The position numbers and the translations under genes are program-made. Shown here piece after piece: positions 56,364 through 64,000 of a stretch of 64,000 bases of DNA. Source of the DNA: Eledone cirrhosa (lineage: Eukaryota). Positions within the stretch are counted from its first letter, which is position 1, and each line of letters opens with the position of its first letter. The notes under the pieces are model-generated. The model searched no databases, was not told the origin of the DNA, and worked only from the letters and a program-made list of their open reading frames with translations. The DNA lies in the NCBI GenBank assembly GCA_964016885.1, contig OZ024740.1:64976001-65040000 (forward strand), given 5' to 3'.

Positions 56364-56411
56364 AACATTTGAAAAGATGGCTTTTGCAGACCCATCGAAA
56401 CCGGTCATTTT
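56364..56411 (+). ncRNA. Hammerhead ribozyme motif, U3-A8 variant
   Basis: aacat TTGAAAA gatgg-cttttgcagac-ccatc GAAA ccgg TC atttt. Confidence 0.65.
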
Positions 56412-56615
56412 TTATACCCTTTATTATTTCCTTACCTTATAAAATTATGTTTTTTCACAAAAAAGTATTCTGTCTCTTATATATTCCATGTGCCATTACC
56501 AACCTCAATTTTCTCTATAACCTTCGTTTTGTGTAGAAAATTACACTTTTCATATATATATGTATATATATAAATATGTATACGTACATATATATATGTA
56601 TACAGACGTACAGTA

Positions 56616-56668
<53 letters not shown>

Positions 56669-56804
56669 CATGCACACATACATATATGTACGTATGGATT
56701 CACCAAATATTTATTATAATGCTTGGTGTGTTTGTAAACAAACATCCCGAATTAAGCCATACAGCGTCTAGCAACCATCGTTGCTCGTTTGTTCAACACT
56801 GACA

Positions 56805-56859
56805 AAGGAACGCTGTACTAGTTTCAAGCTTATTAGCTATCGTCAGCAACGTATATCTT
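56805..56859 (-). ncRNA. Type I hammerhead ribozyme (paralogue of 49612-49666)
   Basis: Minus strand: acgttg CTGACGA t agct-aata-agct t GAAA ctag TA cagcgt. Confidence 0.85.
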
Positions 56860-57176
56860 CCTGCCAGATGATTGAACGTTTGAAAGTATATACTTTCCCT
56901 ATGCATATTAACGGCTGAGCAGCCTAATTTGCATATCGAGTGAGTTAATCGGCCGGGGTACCGAAAACGATAAACGGAAAAAATGAAACGAAATTTCATT
57001 TCTCACTCTTAGTACGGCTGTTACTTAAATATAAGTACGTATACGTAGTGTTGAACAAATGAGCAACGGCTGTTACTTAAATAATAACTAAGAGTGAGAA
57101 ATGAAATTTCGTTTAATTTTTTCCGTTTCATTTTTTCGTTTCATTTTTTCCGTTTATATATATATATATATATGTA

Positions 57177-57228
<52 letters not shown>

Positions 57229-58749
57229 TGTGTGTGTGTGTGTGTTTGTATGTGTTTGCATATTTGTGCGCCCGCTTGCATTTGTATGTGTGTGGAAATT
57301 CAAATACCCACGAATATTATAACATCGCATTGTTGTGTAGAAAAATGTATTTATTTAGATGTCAATAAGGACTCTCTAGTTCCTGGTCGGAGTGAACTCA
57401 AATATAAATAGATTTCCATAAACCTTACACGATAATGTCTAAATCTCCAACCAAAACTCATACTATCATTCAAGAACAAAATTGATTAGTTTTCCCACGA
57501 CGACAAATCTAAATAAATTCTGTTATCAGAATTTATTTCAGAATGGACTCAATATTTCTACTTCCCTTTAGTCTGCATTTAGGTGGCTTCCCGGTATAAA
57601 TTAACAATGTTTGTCACGGAACAATACTCATAAGACTTTGAAGGTATATTAATGTTAGTAAAAGTAACTTCAAAAACACATATATATATTTGTCAGCGCA
57701 TTTGTGTGTGTGGGTGCGTATGTGTGTGTGTATTTGTGTATGTGTGTGTATATATATGCACATATATATATATGTCGGCGCATTTGTGTGTGTGTACGTG
57801 TGTTTGTGTGTGTATATATATATATACATATATATACACATATATATAAGCACATAGGAAGAAAGAGAAAGGAATAGAAACAAAAATAATAAATGTTTTC
57901 TCGGACGTATTAGTAGACACTGCTGAATCGTTATTTCCAGTTTTTGCCGCTTATAGATCAAAGCTGCAATTTATTTTTCAACATCTTCCTGTCAGAGGTG
58001 GCTAAACCCCAAAAAAGGAAAACAACTGAGAGAGAGAGAGAGAGAGAGAGAGAAAGATGAAAATCCTGGAGTAGAGAATCGTGAGAGAGATGTGCACAAG
58101 CACATGCGCACACACACATACACAAACGCATACATACAAACACACAGATACACTATTATATAGACACTTACACGTGACGTTGCTTCAACACAGAGACATT
58201 TGCAAACGCACATGCACCATGTACAGAGATGGAACAAAACTGAAAGTTTCGTGTAATCAGTTTCTTCCCCGCCAATACTTCCCAATTCAAATTCACAGCC
58301 GGAGGTCGGAAAACCTTCAACATCTACACACATACTTGCTACTACGGTCTCAAAGGAAATCGCTATTCATGTCTGAATTTCATCGTCATTTGAATAAAAT
58401 AATTTATTCTTGACAGCCTTTCTATTTTCTTTAGGTGAATATTTGAATAATGCCACACCTAGTGATTACTAACAATTTCGTTTTCAGTATAATGTTTATA
58501 ATTTCAATCTCCAACTCATCATATATGAAGTACTACCTTACTTTTATTTTCCATTTTCTCTATTATACCCAGGAGGTATTATTGCTCTACCAATGTTGCC
58601 TCGGACTAATTTCGTTTTCTTAGGAAAACTCGTCTACAAATATATTAAAACGCGGATTCATCCTTTGAATGTGCAATCGAAAATGAATTATTATTTTATA
58701 TATGTAAAATTGAATGCTTACACACATGCAAACACACACACGAACACAA

Positions 58750-58790
<41 letters not shown>

Positions 58791-58830
58791 GTGTGCGCGC
58801 GTGCGGGTGTGTGCGGGTGTGTGTGTGTGA

Positions 58831-58911
<81 letters not shown>

Positions 58912-59692
58912 AATTTATACCGAACGGTCCAAGTTCACTAAGGTGTTCTTATTAAGGAAGCTATAGTAGAGTGCACTCGTTAAACGTACCACATACTAAT
59001 TTCACAACGAAATATATTAGAATATTCATAGCCGTATACAATCTTATTTCAACTTTCAAACCATGTCTTTCGCAAATTTATGTGCGTTGAATGAAAAATT
59101 ATATTTTGTTCTGTTTAATGTAGTTACTTTTAGTGGATAGATCTGTAATATATTGTATAAAAGATATAATAGAAAGATGATTTATTTTACATCTTCCTCC
59201 TTTTAGAAGATATGTAATATATAATATTCGAGGAATCTAGTTCTGAATTACTGAGCTTAAATATCATTAACTACATAAGGAGAACATATAAAACATGGTG
59301 AATAGAGGCAAATATTAGCGATTGGTGCAGATTCTTCTTTCAAATGCCAAAGTGAAGTAACCTCCGCCCCACCCCACTAAAATAGCAAACAATCTACTTA
59401 ATATATGAAATACATTGTAAGGATTTATTATAAATGAATTGTTACATATTTCTCCATTCAGTTCTTCTTTTCATCTTTTCACACGATATATATTACTATA
59501 TACATTATTCAATTTTAAATTTTAGCGAATAAAACGACCATCATATGAAAATACTTTGTGCTATATGTTCAATTCTCTGCGTACTGACGTCAAATTTCAT
59601 TCTTTTAAGTTCGATAAAAACAAGTATCAGTCAAGTACTGGTTTCAATCCATTCTCTAAATCTTTTTCTCAATCCCTATCCACCACACACGC

Positions 59693-59699
<7 letters not shown>

Positions 59700-59782
<83 letters not shown>

Positions 59783-59803
59783 ACACACACACACACACAC
59801 GCA

Positions 59804-59890
<87 letters not shown>
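59700..59890. repeat. (CA)n microsatellite
   Basis: Direct reading. Confidence 0.95.
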
Positions 59891-59892
<2 letters not shown>

Positions 59893-61057
59893 TCTCTCCT
59901 CTTTCTTCTATGTAGAAAATCGACAGTTCAGACCAGGTAAAAGTGAGTTCCTTCAAGTTTACAATGACCAAGTAACACCGTGTATCATTACGGCACCCTC
60001 TCACTCTACCGGGCGTTACAGGTTCATACATAACAAATTATCAGTAACACCCGTAATGGCGCTACAAATGCATAAGGGATTATTATTCATACCTTAGGAA
60101 AATATATTACTGTATTCGTTCTGTTTTAAACTTCACCAAATGAACGGAAGAAAAACTGAAATTGTTCTTATTTAGGATCAAGGATACGTAAATCATAGAA
60201 ATAATGTTTATGTTTATAAAATCTAAAATATTTGCACAATGTCCTCTCGGATCATTTTCTCTCCTTTTTAAAACTCTATAATGTGTGTTTCTTAATACGT
60301 TGTTGGTACATGACATGAAAACTAGGTAAACAATTGATATTCAATAGAGGAGATATTGTATGAATGCAACAACTACATTTCGTATTCTTGCTAGGAATTG
60401 TTAAGTTCCTTAATGGTAGCTAAATATGCATTGAAATACGGAGTAGTAAAATAGTCGAACTTCAATATTACTTCATTTAAATATCTACTTAGCGAATGAT
60501 TATATCTATTCCCTTGAAAAGGATTATAGATACACTAATGCAACGTATGTGAGTATAGTGTCTTGTGGTTTATATTCTTTTGACAAGATGTTTATGGCGC
60601 GAGCGTAATAAAGTATTAAAAAAATAGTTGTAATGTACGCAATTAGTTGTCATGTGTGGCCATCGGACAACACATATGTGACCCCTGTGGTACTTGGGCG
60701 ACCCTCAGCTTGACATGCATGTTCTTGTCTATTCCGAATGCTGCATTTATTTATGAAGTAAATAATTCTCTAAACTTGCAATTTCATAACTCATTATATT
60801 AATAATTTGCAGTATGGTTGAGAGAACATTCACTGTATATGTTGGACAAACGAATGTAATATAAGACTAGGAAAGAGTGCTTGAAGACATTCATACCATT
60901 CCATACTCGAAAATGCAATGGTATTTCGTTAATACCCCCAACAAATAAAGTTTTTGGAAACAAAGTGACACTCAAATATATTTCAAAGGTTACAATGCCA
61001 ATTTTAACGTTGAATGTATATTTTTATTTGACATTCAACCATTATTTGGCATTATAA

Positions 61058-61256
61058 ACCATTAGTGTTAAATAGAAAATATATTAAAAATGATGATGTC
61101 GAGCTTTACACACACACACACACACACATACACACACACGCATACACACATACACCATAGTGTTAAATAGAAAATATATAAAAAATGATGATGTCGAGCT
61201 TTACACACACACACACACACACACATACACACACACGCATACACACATACACCATA
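61058..61256. repeat. Two-copy tandem duplication of about 95 bp containing (CA)n
   Basis: TAGTGTTAAATAGAAAATATAT...GATGATGTCGAGCTTTACACAC...CATACACCATA occurs twice. Confidence 0.85.
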
Positions 61257-61920
61257 ACAGTTATATCTAGCAACTGCATATAATTTTGTACTGCGCATGG
61301 ACATATAACTAATGTAAATTCTGTGTCTTTTTCCTGCTAAAAGATTAGAGTTAAGGCAAGCATTTTAACAATGTTTATATTTTCTTCCTATTTATTATTA
61401 AATATTTTATTCAACTCATCAACTTTAATACAAATTGCGTCGCAAGAAAACGAATATAGAAATAGAAATACGAAAAATATGAAAAATAAAACAAGCTTTT
61501 ATTTCCAATTTACTTCAAATATAATCTGTAATGATACAGAAAGAACAAAACAAAACAAAATATTATGAGTTATTAATGATATAGCTTTTATAGTGTAACT
61601 TTAGGGAAAGATACATTCATAATTTATTTTTCATCCTATTTTAGCTATCTATTACAACCGCTTTCCTCTTTTATTAACTGTCCAAATATTCTATATTAGA
61701 TTTACATCTGTCTACAGTTTCGATTAACTGCTGGGGAAAATAAATCTTTAACGTTCTGCAACACACACACACACATACAAACACACGCACACACACATCA
61801 TACACACACTCGCACCCACAAAAAAACTATATATATACATACATATATACATGCATGTGTTGCCATACAAACATGTACACACGCACGAATAGACGCACAC
61901 ACATTCACAATGCATAACCC

Positions 61921-61956
<36 letters not shown>

Positions 61957-62083
61957 TTAGGGTAAACATTGATGCAATTCAATTCAAGCACTCAACGTAT
62001 TTATTCCACATAGGAGTGACGGAGTAAATATCGAATAAGGAAAAGCGAAGTAGGTTCAGATGTTCAAGTCCTTTAATAATAAT

Positions 62084-62267
62084 TGTTTCTACTTTAGGCA
62101 CAAGGCCAGCAATTACCCAGTGCATTACTGGTACTTTATTTTATCGACCCCGTAAGGATGAAAGCAAAGTCAACCTCGGCGGGATTTGAACTCAGATCGT
62201 AAAGGGACGTAACTATGCTGGAAGGCATGGCGTCCGACCCTCTACTGATACTGCCAATCCACCGCCC
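62084..62267 (-). mobile_element. tRNA-derived SINE with target-site duplication
   Basis: Reverse complement of the 5135 family; TTTAATAATAAT on both sides. Confidence 0.9.
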
Positions 62268-63539
62268 TTTAATAATAATGCTGTGATATATATTTCAATG
62301 GCAACAGTGATCACACTGTTCCGTGCGTCAGTGTCGCGACATCGTCAGACAGCTTGTTACATAATAAGGTTATGTTTCCGAGGCAATCCAAATTGAATCG
62401 ACATGGGAATGGACGAAGTGTGTGCTCTTGGGTTCTTCGTCCATTCCCTTGTGAGTACCAATTCACCCCCACCGGTCTGCGCAGGCGCAGGTCCGTAGGA
62501 AGTTGACCATTAGCTACTGCAGATTTCAACGAAATTCGCTTAGTCAGTTCCCCCTCTCAGCCAAACAATGACCCATTCAAGGCCTGTAATATAGCTTACT
62601 GCTACCCATCCCGTCAGTGGCTGTCAGTCGAAAGCCAGTGGGGATGGGAGAGTGTGAGTATCCACGGGTCTGAATACTACCTCTCATTAAGGCATGGAGA
62701 GTATAATTGACCATCAACCTCTAAGAGAAAATATACTTAATTCTATGTATCATGGTTTCACGGTGGTAGTTATGAATGAGAGTTGGGAATTAAAATTTAA
62801 AATCCGAAATCAGAAATCAAATATTAAATATCAAAAATTAGAAATTAAAAATTAACAATTAAAAATTAATACTTTTTCAAGTGGGAATCTGGATTGAGGC
62901 GAGTAAAAAAATATAGATCGAAGTGAGTAAATAATATGCAGAGAGATGTTTAAGTAAGAAGTTTTGAAATGGGTATTAATGTTACGGTTATATTATCTAT
63001 ATACTGAACGATAGTACCGTACAATAGAACGGAGGGTAAATTACGGTATGAAAGGTAGTATTTAGTCGGGTACATAGTTAAAATTTCCATCACATGGAAC
63101 AGAACCCCCCAAAAAACGATATAACGTACACAGAAGAAAAAAGAAAATTAATGAATAAATGCAAAAACACATAGAGTACATATATGCAAAATGAGATAGA
63201 TGATCAATATGATTGTCAATTTGTCAATGTATAGATTGAATTGAGGGGGCTTCTGTTCAAATGCGATTTGGTGCATGAAAATAGGGGTTTATCTTTGTTT
63301 TTGTTTCCGCGTATTTATCCTGCCGAAAGGTATTATTATGTCCGTCCAGTATCAGGGGTTTCTATCCCCATTATATATATGTATACATAAAATATATGAA
63401 GGACACTCACGTCGTATATCGACGTATGAATGTTTAACAGTTTTCTCTTTTCCTTTTTTATGGTTATGAATGCATGCCACATTAATGTTGCTGTCATTTA
63501 AAGCGGTTGACAGGGTTTTAAATGAGGCAGCATGTAATA

Positions 63540-64000
63540 TTTAATCGGAGTTTTTGCTGTTTGATCTTAGATCACGAAGGTTGAGGTAATGTTTCAAATT
63601 TCTTTACACCTTCGTGGCAGACAGGTCTGTTCCACGGTCAGATGTGAGAGGTATGTGCACAGATTTAAGATTTACTTCAGTTTGTCTTTATTACTGAATA
63701 ATTGTTTTCTTACATTACGTGCACCACATTAAATAAAGGGGTTCATATATTTCAGATCCTAGTCATCCACAGTAATGAGAAATCAGTTGTCCTTACTCAA
63801 CATCTTCTATTTGTTTGGAGGTGCTTGGTCTTGGTTGATGTAACACCTCAGACATCTTAATACTGATTGTTAAACCAGCTTCTTTACAGGCAATCGAGAA
63901 GCGATCAATCAATCGGTATACCTCCTCGAAGAATGTTGCAAAAAGTGCAGAATCATCACCAAACAATAAAATACGTATAACACATGTTCTTGTATATGTA
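63540..64000 (-). mobile_element. Decayed RTE LINE RT fragment
   Basis: Minus strand: RILLFGDDSALFA...RLIDRFSIACKEAGLTISIKMSEVLHQP. Confidence 0.7.

Overview
AT-rich, microsatellite-saturated animal intergenic or intronic DNA. The tRNA-derived SINE family and the LINE mix suggest an octopod cephalopod (inference). I found no host gene. The window is mostly transposon-derived: a near-intact RTE LINE (APE endonuclease, RT, three C2H2 fingers, one in-frame stop) followed by an internally deleted relative, several decayed RTE, CR1 and CRE LINEs, a mariner, a Helitron 3' end, SINEs, and Penelope-like elements (PLEs) with inverted pseudo-LTRs. The main signal is non-coding. A near-perfect 310-bp tandem array (27397-28775, about 4.4 copies, embedded in (TA)n) carries a complete type I hammerhead ribozyme in every full unit, the architecture of a non-LTR retrozyme that could yield circular RNA. 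About 15 more hammerhead motifs from many unrelated short repeat families lie next to (TA)n tracts. They show helix covariation, a recurrent U3-A8 core variant and family-specific palindromic helix III. All folds were assigned by eye, activity is untested, and boundaries of decayed elements are approximate.
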